Of a DNA stretch of 64,000 nucleotides, positions 33,801-48,900 are shown piece after piece (position 1 is the stretch's first letter; each line of letters starts with the position of its first letter). The stretch is from the NCBI RefSeq assembly GCF_000143415.4, contig NW_003314262.1, positions 80,183 through 144,182 of the forward strand. Direction: 5' to 3'. The notes under the pieces were generated by a model, which searched no databases, had not been told where the DNA came from, and saw nothing but the letters and a program-made list of their open reading frames with translations. A program made the position numbers and the translations under genes. The DNA comes from Selaginella moellendorffii (taxonomy: Eukaryota; Plantae; Lycopodiophyta).

Positions 33801-35154
33801 GAGTCCGAGATGGAGTCCGAGATGGAGTCCGAGGTGGACCCGAGATGGACCCGAAATGGAGTCCGAGATGGAGTCCGAGATGGACCCAAGATGGAGTCCG
33901 AGATGGAGTCCGAGATGGACCCGAGATGGACCCGAGATGGAGTCCGAGATGGAGTCCGAGATGGAGTCCGAAGTCGAGACCGAGACCGGAACCGAGACCG
34001 GGACCGAGACCGAGACCGAGACCGAGATCAGGACCGAGACCGAGACCGAGGCCGAGGCCAAGACCGAGCCCGAGCCCGAGTCCGAGTCCGAATCCGAGTC
34101 CGAGTCCGAGTCCGAGTCCGAGTCCGAGTCCGAGTCCGAGTCCGAGTCTGGAGCCTGAGAGGGTGAAAGCCCAAAGCGTTCGTCTCCCAGACCCTGGGGG
34201 GTTTGGTGAGCTCCAAAAGTATAGTAGGGGGAGGACTGCAGTGGAGCCAGTTTGGCCAGGAAAGGCCAGTTTGGCCCAGGAAGGCCAGACCCAGTGTTGG
34301 GTGATGAACTGACCACTGGGAAGTCCAAGACTAGAGTGAATACGGACCGACAAGCGGGGTAGCTTGGTGAAGTGTTCAAGAGCCGGCTCTAGTTCCCCCG
34401 GGAGATCGACTGGCCAATGCTCCCAGTCCAAGTGTGGGTGGCACTACCTACTTGGATACCAGGCGTGGCTCAATGGAACCTCGCTCTAAGCCCATGGCTA
34501 GAGCACCTAAAGGCGATAGGTGGGGAGAGTACCCAGGTGGCTCGCGTAAGGCCACGGTGTTCCGAAATGTTGTCCCAAAGGCCCAGACTGTGGAAAGGAA
34601 GAGGAGCAGTCCTCTGGGGTAGTGACCAAGGACACAGTCATGTGGTGAGGAAGTCCCAGAGGACCGTGGGACTTAGGGGTCGGGCCTGTAGGCCTCGATC
34701 CAGTGGCAGTGTTGGCAAACACGGCCAGGGGCAGAAAGGGACTTGGTAGGAACTGACAAAGGGACTTTGGGGAAGGCAATTCCCCAGGTCTGTGGGCATC
34801 CTAAGGATGCTAAGGAGTGGATCTAGGATGACCCCTTGTGGACACATGGCCCAGTCTTGGAGAGACGAGGTGGTGATGCAAGTGTTGTTGAACCACTAGT
34901 GCAGCAAAGGTGAATGGGCATGGCCTTAGCGTAACGGGCCGAGATGTCAGTGGTACCTTTGGGTGTCGGTCTCAGGACCGGACACGTGGAGCACTTGGAC
35001 CAGGTGCAAGTGTGGAGTGGCATGGATGCCATTCTTGGGGCTAGCAAGTCCCAAGTCCTGAATTGGATTGATGGAGGTTGTGAATGAGACTCCTCCAAGT
35101 GGTCGGAGGTGTGGTTAAGTGACTAAAGTAGAATGGAAAATTTAGTCGCTTACA
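27896..35154 (+). mobile_element. LTR retrotransposon A2, structurally complete non-autonomous (LARD-like) element
   Basis: TSD CAGAC (27891-27895, 35155-35159). Near-identical LTRs 27896-29509 and 33559-35154. PBS TGGTATCGGAGC at 29513 (tRNA-iMet type), PPT 33545-33558. The 4-kb interior has no long ORF. Confidence 0.95.
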
Positions 35155-36820
35155 CAGACACATAGAGCACTTGGACCAAGTGCAATGGTTGAGTGGCACG
35201 GATGCCATTCTTGGGGCTAGCAAGTCCCCAAGTCTGGAATAGGATTTATGGAGGCTGTGAGTGAGGCTCCTCCAAGTGGTCGGAAGTGTGGTTAAGTGAC
35301 TAAAGTAGAATGGAAAATTTAGTCACTTACAACTTGGTATCGGAGCTGTTCTTTAGTCCGACTTTTATTAGTGCACAACTATATCACCACTAGTGTTGGC
35401 ATCGGAAGGTCCGAGGAGTGGGCCTATCCTTGAGGAGTAGCAAGTTGGGAAGACATGACTCTCCACTATAGTTCATGTGTGAACTTGTACGTGAGGTGGT
35501 GGATAGAAAAGGGCCAATAAGGGAACGACTTTGGGATCTTGGGAACAGCATAAGGTTTCCCTTCGAGAGTTGAAAATGTGATCTGGATGAGTGGTTGACT
35601 CAGCAAACTGACTAAGGTAATTGTGGTAAACAACTATAGTTGGGATCAAGGGAAAGATAGAGACTCCAAAACAATAAAGGAGTCACAAGATTATCCTCAT
35701 ATAGCTGAGGTTGGTGCTCATGAATGTGAGACCAGAAGTAATGACCGCGGGAGGTCAAATATGGAAAAGGACACAAGTCCTTGAAATGGTAGCCGGAGTT
35801 ACTTCTTATAAATGCTGGAACAACCCAAGGAGTTGGGGGTGTACTCAGAGGATGAGTTAGTATTCTCATCACATGGACAAGTGGTCTCAAGGGGCAAAAG
35901 GTTGCCCCAAGAGAACAAATCAAGTGTTGGAATAACACTTATAATGGTGATTTTGGTGAGTAGGACATGAATACAAGAAGTTGTATTCCAATGAGCTAAC
36001 ACCCCAAAAGTAAGACCTTATAGGTCGGGGGATTAGGAAAAGTAGGAAAAGGTGAATGACTTAAGTGGAGTCAAGGAATAATCCTAAAGGACTGATGGAA
36101 GCATTTGGACTAAGGTGTGTTATGCTCCATGGAGGATGGGGAGGATTATAAGATCCAAGTATGAGAATAGTGGGTATCTCATGGGTGGCCGAATGTGCCA
36201 TACTAAAGTCATGGAAAGGTGTTCCCAGAAAAAGCAACTTTGGTGTAGAGTTGTGTGCGAACACTATAGTGTAGTGTTAACAGATAGTTAGCATGAGAAA
36301 TGACTGGGTTAGTCTTGGCAAAGACCTAAACCCAAGTAAGAAGTGTCATAAAGGTAGGTTCGTCGAGCTGATGGTGTGGAGACATCAAATGTGCCAAAGT
36401 GTGATACTTTGAGGGTATGTTGGTGGGTTTATGAGAGCCCCTTACCAAGGGAATCCAAATGGAAATGGGAATGGCATAGCCTCAGCTGGAAGGCATGCGG
36501 TTGGAGTGTGGTGACCCAGTTAATGATGGAGGTGTGGAAGCACCAAGCAATGAGTTGTAGGACTTGATAATTATGAGGCAACTAAGCAAAAGGTGCAAAA
36601 TAATTGGTTAAACTGGTAGAAGGTAACTACGTAAAACTTCTAGGATAAGGAAGTTAGATATACCCTTATGGGGGAGAAGCTGCTTATGTTGCGATATAGT
36701 AAGTCAATATTGTAAAGGGAATGCTCATTGCCAAAGAAGACCATCATTGGAACACCCAAACACTCTAAAACACCAAGAAGTGGTGTTTGGTGTCGTAAGG
36801 GCATTAGATAAGGCCCAAGG

Positions 36821-39800
36821 TGTAGCGCACGTGGTTTTGACTCTTTATCTTATGGTGATTTACCATAGGATAACACTATGAAGTAGAACCTAAACCCTCT
36901 TTATGCCACGTGACTCATGCCATGTGTCATATACCACGTGTGCAAAGGACAGTGGTGTGGAGCCCAAGGTTCACGGCCTTGGGCCACTGAACGAAGGAAC
37001 GGTGCCAAACTCCCAAGCATGAAGCCAAGGAGTGACGGAACCAAACCACGGAGCAACTCCCGAGCAAACAGCCCAAGGAGCAAAGGACAGGAGCTTGGAG
37101 CGACTTGGAACAGTCCTGGAGCAACCAACATCCCAATGCCAGAACCAGCACGCAAAACGGAGCCAAACGGTGTCTGGTGCTATTTCAGCATACCGGTGGC
37201 CTAACGTGAGGATATGGGTACTCCACCAGCTATCATGGAATGGAACTTGGGCATAGACCCAAGCTAGATGCAGAACAAGGACAGGCATGCAAGTGGGGGC
37301 TAGACTATGCCTCAGATTGGTCAGCCATGCCCGACCTACCCACTATCCCTACTATACATTTGGAACCCCCCATAGCCCCCCCCGGAACACACGCTTTGGG
37401 CTTTCACCCCAAGCCTCTCTTAGTATCAGGAGTTAGTCTCTGGGACAAGCTCGAAACTTACTAAATATGGAATGTTCCTAGATTGTGAATTTGGATACGG
37501 GACGAACACCATTGTGTTCAAAACAATCTCTACATTCCATAAATATGCCAAATGAGCAAATCTAGACACTTTCCATAAATAGCATTTGGGATCGAAATGA
37601 GATTAACACAAAGGGCATGATAGTGAGGGTGTTTGGCAGACACGGTAAGCTATCATCTAGCGATGTTGAGGGACCAATCTCAATATCGCAGGGGTTCTTG
37701 ATACTAGTAAGTGCAAGCCAATGACTCAAGTTTCTCAAACCAGGCTAAGTATGCTCAGCAAGAAACACATAGGGTTCCTACCTTATGTTTATCCAATCTA
37801 AATGCATGGTCATTGACCAGTTTCTCAACTAGCTCAAGTGGGAACTGATAATGGGTCCAGCAATACCGACCTCCTGCCGTCATGGCAGTAAGGAAAGAAT
37901 ATCCGAAAGGACTGGTCGACAGGTAACTTTTGATACCCGAAGTCACATTCACGACACTCTCCCCCCCTTAGGGAAGATCGACATCCTCGTCGATGCATAC
38001 TCCAGTCTAGAATACCGCCAAGGAAACAACTCCAGAAAAAGTTCACGGTATTCACACTATGTGAGAAATGCACCAACTTAAATGAGTTAGGAGGCAACCT
38101 CTTTGTTTAATGCGGATGCGCTACCAACTCAGACATTTTCCGGCCGTTGCCGACAAGGAAATGACCAATGGAGTCAGCCACCCTTGCTGCTCTAGGAGTC
38201 ACCCAGTTTACAAAAGTGTGATATGCCCCTGCCTGCAAGACATAGAGAGAGAAAAGCCAGAGGCCCCAACCCTCCTGAGCAAAGAAACCAAACCCGTCGG
38301 TAAGGTTTAGATAGACTACTGTAAATAAGCAGTTAGAGTTGTTTACACGGTCACGCCCTTTGAACGGAATAAGGAACATCGACAGAGAGGCGGGTTATGT
38401 GACCAGTTGACAATAGCTACCCCATGACAAGAGATTTCACCATGCACACGAAGTGCCGAAGCCAGTCTGCTTATACTGGCCCAAACTCAAAGATCAATAT
38501 ATGGACTATATCAAAGTTATAGACAATGATATCTTAGAGATTTAATTATCAGTGAATAAAACTTAGATTAGAACATAAAAGTATTCCAAGTAAGTTATCA
38601 TCCGATAAACTAGTATTATAGTATAGGAACCACCAAGATCACTATAGGATTCACCATCTAACAAAAGGCAATAGCAAGTATATCATCAAGGAAACTAAAT
38701 GATGAAACTTCACTATCGAAGCTGTCAGATAGCATGCCAAACAACTCACAAAACACAACTCAAGGAACACAAAGTATCATTGACTAACAAGCACAGAGCT
38801 CGCGAATGTATCACTTGAAGGAGATAACATTATAATCTATCAAAACTAACTTAAGAAACAATCAATAAAACATAATGAATGTGGTAAAACAAACAAACAC
38901 TTAGTCATGCCAACCATTGCACCAGCCAAACTGAATAGATCCCGGTTAACAATACCAAGGAACTCAAGTTGCCTAAGCAAGTGTCAGCCACTAATGTCTG
39001 AAAACCAAGAGACCAATCTAGAGCAAACCACAAAGGACATGTGGTATTGCGAATAGCCATAAGCCATCAAAGAAACAACTAACCATCACAAAAGAACATC
39101 AATCATCCCATCAAAAGAGATATGCAGAATCATCGTCAAAATAGGAATCCACCATCCCGAAGAACAGCGAATCATTTTATATCAACAACAATCAAGCAAA
39201 ACCTTTTGAGAAGGATAATCAACTATCCTAGATAATAGTCAATCATCACCAATGATTACTAGATGCAAAAGCTAACTTCAACATCAGAGCAATTGAGCCA
39301 AAATGCCTTCCCCAACAACTTCTAACAAATAGAAGAATGAGTATAAAAACTCAAGGAACCAAAAGCTCGAAGAAATCTATAGTTAAGTCATGCCTAATAA
39401 TGATCACAAGTCTCATAGAAACTAACTTCAATGCTAAAGAAGAAATCATGGTGCAACCCACAATATCTTTCTCAACACATCTATAAGCTAAACTTCATAA
39501 TGCTAAAGCTAATGAAGAGCATATCTACATCAATCCAAAAGCCAAGCACCATGAAACAATGCTCAACAAGTGATCACTAAATGATCCTCCATGAATCCAT
39601 CTACAGCAAGACGTAACTCACTTCATAACAAGCACAAAAATAACAATTCATCAATGATCAATATATTCCAACTCAAATCCAATAAGGACTCAACATTATC
39701 AATATCGATCACTAACTCTTTTTCTTGTATGGCTGGTATAGTCCACGACTAAATCATTTTTCAAGGAAAAGCTAAAGCTCATCCCCTACTAAATAATCTC

Positions 39801-42800
39801 ATCAAGAACACAACTAACTCAACTTACCACTCAGTTCATTTGAATGTCAACATAATTGCTAACTAGCAAATGTATGAATGCCAACAACACAAAGATGCCA
39901 AATCATCAACACTATCTTCATCAAGACTAATGAAGCTTAATATCAATCCTTCGGAAAGACATCTCATTTCACTCGAATCTCAATATCAATATTGTCAACA
40001 ACAAGGCATCACTTCAGTGCCATCAACACCAGAACAAAGTTAGAAGAAAGCACCACTCAAAGTGCTCTAGCAACCTAACTAACCAAGGTCGAAGATACCT
40101 AATCAGTATCCAAAACCAACCCTTCAGCAAAACTCAGTTATAAATAACACTTCATCAAGGAGTGATTCACCACGTCTAAGACTCAATGAAATCCAACACT
40201 ACGAACTAGATGTAACCAAATGATATCAACAGAGGTAGAGTCGACATGTCAACATGAAAAACTCATGTAAGTCTAATGACACAATCCTCCGCAACACCAT
40301 CCGGTAAAGCAAGCCCATCACTGCGAAATCATCATCGAGCAAAGCAAGTGTCAATAGTCCTCGACTAAGTCTACAAGTAATCACTAGTCGCCAAGCAACT
40401 AACAATCACCCCTCAACTTGCCTTCACAAGACCCAAACACCAACTTTTGTCATCAAGTTATATACTTGTCCAACATGAACGTGATACCCCAGATATGAGA
40501 TAAAGGTTCATAGACAAGCACAAACTAAATGACCATTCAAATCCAACTCATCCACAATAAGCTCACCAACTTGTTTAGCCAGTAGCTCTGAGCATGCCTT
40601 GAAGAAGTTAGCTATGCATGATCAACACTTAGTCGAAACTAAAGTGAAGACCATGAGATGGACTCATATCGGTACACAACCTCCTCATAGACAAAGCTAT
40701 AGTACGGGTACCAATATCTCAAATCTCAACCAACTAAGTTGGACATCACCATCCTCAGCCAAGGCACAAGGCCACCAAGACCAAGTCAAGATCAGTGAGA
40801 GCTCACTACTCTCATAGAGTCTAACGTAATGCAAGGTGTAACCTGCCACCAAGCACAACGCTATAAAAAAAAAGTACAAGGGTCACCTTTCTTAGAAAAG
40901 CGCAATGGCCACTTTTTATACCAACTCTAAACTCTATCCAACTTAATTGCTTTAGCTTAGACCTTGGTAGGTAGTTTGTATGATGCAACCCGAAAGGGAT
41001 GCTAACTTTTGAGGCTAACCGAAGTCAACTCCAACCCGTTCACTAGTTTGTACTGGCTTATGAAAACAGAATGGTTTTCAAGCAAAATGACCAACAGATC
41101 AGCCATTGGAAAAGTCTAAGAAAAATTTATGGAAAACTTTCCATCCTAGAGAAAGAATGACTTTTAGTTTAGGAACGCAAACTTTCAAGACTCAACCAAT
41201 TTCCTTCTACCTACAACTTCACATAAGTTCACTTCAAAACCAATTCTCATGACCCATAGTATGCTTAAGCCTCGAACATCTTTGCCCATTTTTCCAATAT
41301 CCAACATTAACATCTGCAAAGTGCAAAATGAACATCTAAGGCTTGATTACGAAAACCACATCTTCAGATATCCACATTGCACTAACACTCTTCTTCAACC
41401 ACCTTCAAGATCCAATATGAAGCCAAAACATTAACAAGAAAAATAACATAGAAAATCAAGCTCTAAGGAAGATCCTCATCACTTGAAATAACAACACCAC
41501 TAACTTTTGTTCATAACATGGACAAGCTCATGCCACTCTCTTTCTGACCAAACTCAACACTAATCCAACACCAAGCTACTCAAGGAGCAATAGCAAAGTC
41601 CCCCGGAAAAGAATTGAGCACCGCAACCCAAGTTTTCCAATAGCAAGCCTAGACAAAATGGTATAGCGCTTCATTGCTATCCATCCCACAATTCACCATT
41701 TGTAAGGCCATCATCTCTAATATGCGTCAAGGTAGGGACTCTTGATTGCATATTGTGAACACGAGCAATGAGTCACACCTCGTTGCAAATCATCTCTCCA
41801 AGAAGAGAAGATGATTTATGTGTTTGATCCTTCATCCCCGACGACTCTCTTTTCAGTCTCATCTTTGACTAAACCCTAAGTTTGCTTTTACACTGCTTTC
41901 AGTCCAATCCAAGAAAAGTTCTCATAATCATTCTTGGGAAGGATCCACTAGTGCCGTGCTAAATAGCTACAGACCAGCTTATTTGCCACTCATAGCAAAC
42001 CCAGGGAAAGTTTACTTTCACCCATGGTACATAGAACAACTCAGAGAACCACTGGAACAACTCATAGAACCACCGATAGGCTAACATTAATCTTGCCAAC
42101 TCAAAGTGTAACCTTGAATTGCTAATATGCCTCACTCACGAGCCCAAGCCCAAACTCATGTAAACAGAACAACTCAATCCACCCTATGAGCCCAAGAGCA
42201 AGCTCACATAATATGGAACAAAAAAGGTAACCAAATCCATACCCAAGGAACCATTGTGAAGTCTTAGCACCCAAACATGTACCCACTTGGATCATCGTTT
42301 TCATCTCTGCGTATGCAACGAGACTAGTTGCCCAATCTCATTGGATAGTACTTGCTGAGACTTATTCTCTGATATCAAATGTAGCGCACGTGGTTTTGAC
42401 CCTTTATCCTATGGTGATTTCCATGAAGCAAAACCTAAACCCTCTTTATGCCACGTGACTCATGCCACGTGTCATATACCACGTGTGCAAAGGATAGTGG
42501 TGCGGAACCCGAGGTTTAGGGCCTTGGGCCACTGAACGAAGGAACGGTGCCAAACTCCCAAGCATGAAGCCAAGGAGTGACGGAACCAAACCACAGAGCA
42601 ACTCCCGAGCAAACAGCCCAAGGAGCAAAGGGACAGGAGCCTGGAGCGACTTGGAACAATCTTAAAGCAACCAACATCCCAATGCCAGGACCAGCACACA
42701 AAACGAAGCCAAACGGTATCTGGTGCTATTTCAGCATACTAGTGGCCTAACGTGAGGATATGGGTACTCCACCAGCTATCATGGAATGGAACTTGGGCTT

Positions 42801-42947
42801 AGACCCAAGCCGGATGCAGAACAAAGACAGGCATGCAAGTGGGAGCTAGATTATGCCTCAGGTTGGTCGGCCATGCCCAACTTACCCACTATCCCTACTA
42901 TACATTTGGAACCCCCTTTAGGCCCCCCCCCCCCCCCCCCCCCCCCC
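36821..42947 (-). mobile_element. LTR retrotransposon B2 (decayed Gypsy-like interior), 5' LTR truncated at a poly-C tract
   Basis: 3' LTR 36821-37956 plus PPT complement ctctccccccctta. PBS-like TGATATCAGAG (minus strand) next to the LTR starting at 42380. A gag-like remnant EALYHFV is present. No right-hand TSD. Confidence 0.88.
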
Positions 42948-45900
42948 GCCAAGTGTAAATGGTTTCTAGAGCACATGAAATCAAAGTGGCGCAGCAGAAG
43001 CGTGGTCTTGAAGCTGGTCATGAGGCGAGGCTATCAAGGTTGGGGAAGTAGTTCCCAAATGTTCAAAAAGAGGGCTTTGAACGAAAGTCGATGATTAAGG
43101 ACTTTCATGCTTATGCATGAACCATGTTATGATGGCCGGATGACTTGCTAAGTGAGATTGGCAAGTTGGGAGGTTGGGTTCAAGTCTCGACCCTCTAATG
43201 CTTGGGTTCGAGTCCCAAATCACTAGGGTGTGGTGATGGTTTGGAATATGAGGACACTCATATTTCGGTGGTCATGGACTCTTAGTGAGGAGACTGGTTT
43301 GGGCACACCGCCAAACGAGGGATGCCTTGAAGTCGTGATGCATGGTTAGATTGCTTAGTGTGGCTTGGCATATCTAACTTGAACACTTTTGTGCAAGTGG
43401 CACTAAAGACATGATGAATGAGATGGGGACACCCAGTCTCGGTTGCTATGGACCCTTAGCCAAAAGGGTTGGCTTGGGTGCACTGCCAAGTGTGGAGGAT
43501 GCCCCCGGGGTCATGGTGAACAATTTAAAAGTCTAAAGGACTTAGTATCTATTGGCAAACCTGTTAAGGTGCCAAAGTTAGATCACTATGTGATCTTATG
43601 GCTACAATAAGGACAAGGTCCTTGTAAGGTTAATGGATAAGGTTCCTAGTTCAAAGTGTTAAATTGAACTATTGATGATGGTGTGGCTTGGTCAAAGTGA
43701 CCAAGTGGGAAGAACATCTAATGGAAATGATTTGTGGCAATGCGATGGCATAGTGAGTCTAAAGAAAGTAATCTCTATAAAAAACCCATGGGAGGGTCAC
43801 AAAGTTGGGCTAGGGATAGAGCCCATAGCAGAAAATGCTAAAGAGACTTACTAGGGGTGAACACCCTCTGGACTTAGCAAAGCAAAGTCTTTGCTATGGA
43901 ACTGAAAGGATACCTCAAGAATGGAGGTAGCAATCTAATGTTGCTAGGTGCAACAATCAAGGATAGGAGCAAAAGACTAATGGCTAAGAAAAGAGCCATG
44001 GGAATCATGGGAAAGAATCCAAAAGGCAAAGTTAGGCCAAGAACACTAATGTGTTGGGTGCTAACGAATTGTGGGAAATGCGATGTGTTTCCAAAGATGG
44101 ATTCCCAATTGTTCCGATTTGGCGAAAGTGGAAGCTCCAAGGGAGGGAATGGTAAGGTAGCCAAATAATAGGGCCATGGACAGCCTTAGCACAAAGTATG
44201 ATAACTGGAACTTAGTGCCCAAGGTGGCACGAAATATAAAAGAGGATGATGGTGCCTTCAAGTAGAGAACATCCTAGGATGGGGAAGTGGAGTTGCACAA
44301 TATGTGCAATGCAGGGCGTCAGAGACACCTAGGAAATTGACTTTGAGAAGTCAAAAGTAAAAGTTCCAAAGTGCAAAGGTTATATCAGTGGAAACTGAGA
44401 CTACTCAAGAAAGAGTAGTGGGGTTGAGATAGAGATGGTGCCTCTAACAGGTTTAGCGAGAACTAAACTAATAAAAGGAGAGGACCACCACAAGTGGTCC
44501 AATTAATCTCTAAGTTGGAGAGATTATGCTCCTTGGAGGAAGGGCAAGGCATGGTGAGCCTTCAGTATATAACCATTGACAAATATTGGTGAGGTGCCAA
44601 GAATGGAAAGGGTAATACATGTTGGTATTAATTTATAAAATAGTTTATCGTTTGATGAGAACATCGAACTTCGTCTATGGGTGGTGGAGTTGTGAGACAC
44701 AAAATCCCTAGGCCCCAAAGTGGAGTCGGAAGGGTGCCACGTGGTAGTGGCCAAAGCAAAAGCCAAACGAGCGTAACACGTTTGGATCGAAAGCTCTAAC
44801 TTGAAAAGTTGAGAGCGGGAGTGGAACTTCCAACAAAGGGCTCGAGGAATGAGCACGAAGCCAGCAATAAGCAAGGCTCCAAAAAAAGGACCCAAAAGGA
44901 CCAACACATGACATGTGGAAGAGTCAGAGATGGACCCGAGATGGATCCGAGTTGGAGCCTGAGGTGGAGTTCGAGATGGACCCGAGAAGGACCCAAGATG
45001 GAGTCCGAGATGGACCCGAGATGGATCCGAGTTGGAGTCCGAGGTGGAGTCCGAGATGGACCCGAGAAGGACCCGAGATGGAGTCCGAGATGGACCCGAG
45101 ATGGATCCGAGTTGGAGTCCGAGGTGGAGTCCGAGATGGACCTGAGATGGAGTCCGAGATGGAGTCCGAGATGGACCCGAGATGGAGTCCAAGATGGAGT
45201 CCGAGATGGACCCGAGATGGAGCCCGAGATGGAGTCCGAGATGGACCGAGACGGAGTCCGAGATGGAGTCCGAGATGGAATTCGAGATGGAGTCCGAGAA
45301 GGACCCGAGATGGAGTCCGAGGTTGAGACCGAGACTGGGACCGAGACTGAGACCGGGACCGAGACCGAGACTGGGACCGAGACCGGGACCGGGACCAAGA
45401 CCGAGACTGAGATCGGGACCAAGACCGAGACCGAGGCTGAGGCCGAGACCGAGCCCAAGTCCGAGTCCGAGTCCGAGTCTGAGTTCAAGTCTGAGAGGGT
45501 GAAAGCCCAAAGCATTCATCTCCCAGACCCTGGGGGGTTTGGTGAGCTCCAAAAGTATAGTAAGGGGGAGGACTGTAGTGGAGCCAGTTTGGCCCAGGAA
45601 GGCTGTACCCAATGTTGGGTGATGAGCTGCCCACTGGGAAGTCCAAGGCTAGAGTGAACACGGACCGACAAGTGGGGTAGCTTGGTGAAGTGTTCAAGAG
45701 CCGGCTCTAGTTCCCCCGGGAGATCGACTGGTCGATGCTCCCAGTCCAAGTGTGGGTGGCACTACCTACTTGGATACCTAGCGTGGCTCAACAGAACCTT
45801 GCTCTAAGCCCATGGCTAGAGCACCTAAAGGCGGAAGGTGGGGAGAGTACCCACGGGGCTCGTGTAAGGCCGCAATGTTCCGAAATGTTGCCCCAAAGTC

Positions 45901-48900
45901 CCAAACTGAGGAAAGGAGGAGGAGCAGTCCTCTAGTGCAGTGACTAAGGATACAGTCACATGGTGAGGAAGTCCCAGAGGACAATGGGACTTAGTGGCCG
46001 GGCCTACGGGCCTTGATCTAGTGGTAGTGTTGGCGAACATGGCCATGGACAGAAAAGGGACTTGGTAGGAACTGACAAAGGGATATTGGGAAAAGCTATT
46101 CCCCATGTCTGTGGGCATCTTAAGGATGCTAAGGAGTGGATTTGGGAAGACCACTCGTGGACGGATGGCCCAATCTTGGAGAGACGGAACTGTGATGCAA
46201 GTGGTATTGGACCACCAGTGTAGCAAAGGTGAATGGGCATGGCCTTAGCGTAACAGGCCAAACTGTCAGTGGTACCTTTGGGTGTTGGTCATGGGACCAG
46301 ACACGTGGAGCACTTGGACCAAGTGCAATGGTTGAGTGGCACGGATGCCATTCTTGGGGCTAGCAAGTCCCAAAGTCTGGAATAAGAGTTATGGAGGTTG
46401 TGAGTGAGGCTCTTCCAAGTGGTCGGAGGTGTGGTTAAGTGACTAAAGTAGAATAGAAAATTTAGTCGCTTACATGGAGTTAGCCACCCTTACTACTCTA
46501 GGTGTCACTTAGTTTACAAAAGTGTGATATGCCATGCCCTCAAGGACATAGAGAGAGAAGCATAAGGCCCCAACCCTCCTGAGTAAAGAAACCAAACCCA
46601 TTGGTAAGGTTTAGATAGACTACTATAAATAGGCAGTTAGAGTTGTTTACACGGTCACACTCTTTAACGGAATAAGGAATATCGACAGAGAGGTGAGTTA
46701 TGTGACCAGTCGACAATAGGTACCCCATAATTAGAGATTTCACCATACACACGAAGTGCTGAAGATACTAGCCCAAACTCAAAGATCAATAGATGGATAA
46801 TATCAAAGTCATAGACAATGATATCTAAGAGATTTAATTATTAGTGATTAAATCTTAGATTAAAACAAAAAAGTATTCCAAAGTTATCATTTGATAAACT
46901 AATATTAGTGTACAGGAACCACTAAGATCACTATAGTTGGAAAACATAGGATTTACTATCTAACAAAATTCAATAGCCAATGTATCATCAATAAAACTCA
47001 ATAATAAAACTTAACTACTAAAGATTGTAGATAGCATGCCAAACAATTTACAGAAGACAACTTAAAAAACACAAAGTATCATTAATTGACAAGCAAGAGA
47101 CTCGCAAATGTATCACCTAAATGTAATAATATTCAATCTATCAAAACTAACTATAACAATCATCAACAGAACAGAGTGAATGTTGCAAAACTAACAAACA
47201 CTTGTTTATGCCAACTATCACACTAACCAAGCTTAATAAATCCCAGTTAACAATACGAAGGAACTCAAGTTTCTTAAGTAAGTGTTAGCAATATCCTACA
47301 TATATTTCAAACCAAAGAGACCAATCCAAGGCAAACCACAAAGAACATATGGTAATGCGAAAAACCATAAGCCATCAAAGGGAACAACTAACCATCATAA
47401 AAGAACATCAATCATCCCATCAATGAAGAGATGCATAATCATCGTCAAAGAAAGAATCTACCACTCCGAAGAACAGCAAATCATTCTAGATAATAATAAT
47501 TAAGCAAAACCTTTGACAAGGATAATTAACTATCCTAGATGATAATCAATCATCACCAATGATTGCTAGATGCAAAAGCTAATTTCAATATCAAAACTAA
47601 TGAGCTAAAATGCCTTCCTTAATAATTCCTAACAAATAGAACAATAAGCATGAAAACCCAAAGAACTAAAAATTTGAAAAACCCTATAGCCAAGTCTTGT
47701 TTAATAATGATCACATATTTTGTATGAACTAACTTCAATGCCAAAGAAGAAATCATGGTACAACCCATATCCATAAGCTAAACTTCATAATGCAAAGCTA
47801 ATGAAGAGCATATCTACATCAATTCAAAAGCCAAGCACAACAAAGTTATGCTCAATAAGTGATCACTAAACGATCTTCTATGAATCCATTTATAGCAAGA
47901 CGTAACTCACTTCATAACAAGTACAAAAAGAATCAACAATGATCAATATATCATAATTCAAATTCAATAAGGATTCAAATATTCCAATATCAATCACTAA
48001 CTCTTCCTCTCGTAGAGTTAGCATTGTACGACTAAATCACTTTTCAAGGAAAAGCTAAAGCTTAACCTTTACTAAACAATCTCGTCTAGAATACAATTAA
48101 CTGAATTTGCTACTCAGCTCATTTAAATGCTAAATCAGTTATTAACTAGTAAATGTACTAATGCTAACAACATAAAGCTATAGCCAGATCATTAACACTA
48201 TCTCCATCAAGACTAATGAAACTCAATATTAATCATAAGGAGAGATATCTTATTTCACTTGAATCTTAACACTAATAATATCAATGATAAAGCATCACTT
48301 CAATGTCATCAACACTAGAATAAAGCTAAAAGAAAGTAAAAGTGAATCACCACTTAAAACTCTTTAGCAACTAAGCTAACCAAAGTCAAAGATATCTTAG
48401 TCAGTATCTAAGACCAATCCTATAACAATATTCAATTTTAGATAACACATCATCAAGGAATGATTCACCACATCTAAAATTTAATGAAATCCAACACCAC
48501 GGACTAAACGTAACTAAATGATATTGACAAAGGTAGAGTCAACATGTCAACATGGAAAACCCATGTAAGTTTGAACGACATAATCCTCCGCAACACCATT
48601 TGGTAAAGTAAGCCTATCATTGAAAAATCTTTATCGAGCGAAACAAGTGTTAATAGTTTTTGTTGAAGTCTACGACCAATCACTAATTGTAAAGCAACCA
48701 ACAATCACTTTTCAACTTCCCTTCATAAGACCCAAACACTAAACTTATGTCATCAAATCATATACTTGTCCAATAAGAACATAATACCCCAGCTACGAGA
48801 TAAAAGTTCATGAACAAGCATAAACTAAATGACCACTCAAATCTAACTCAACTGCAATAAGCTCACTAATGCATTTAGCCAATAACTCTAAGTATGCTTT

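Larger units (their letters stand above)
13800..46474 (+). mobile_element. LTR retrotransposon A1 (non-coding internal region) carrying three nested insertions
   Basis: TG...CA termini and TSD TGGAG (13795-13799, 46475-46479). The 5' LTR is in three pieces (13800-15130, 27667-27895, 35160-35331). PBS TGGTATCGGAGC at 35335; PPT atgggtggtggagt precedes the 3' LTR 44691-46474. Confidence 0.93.
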
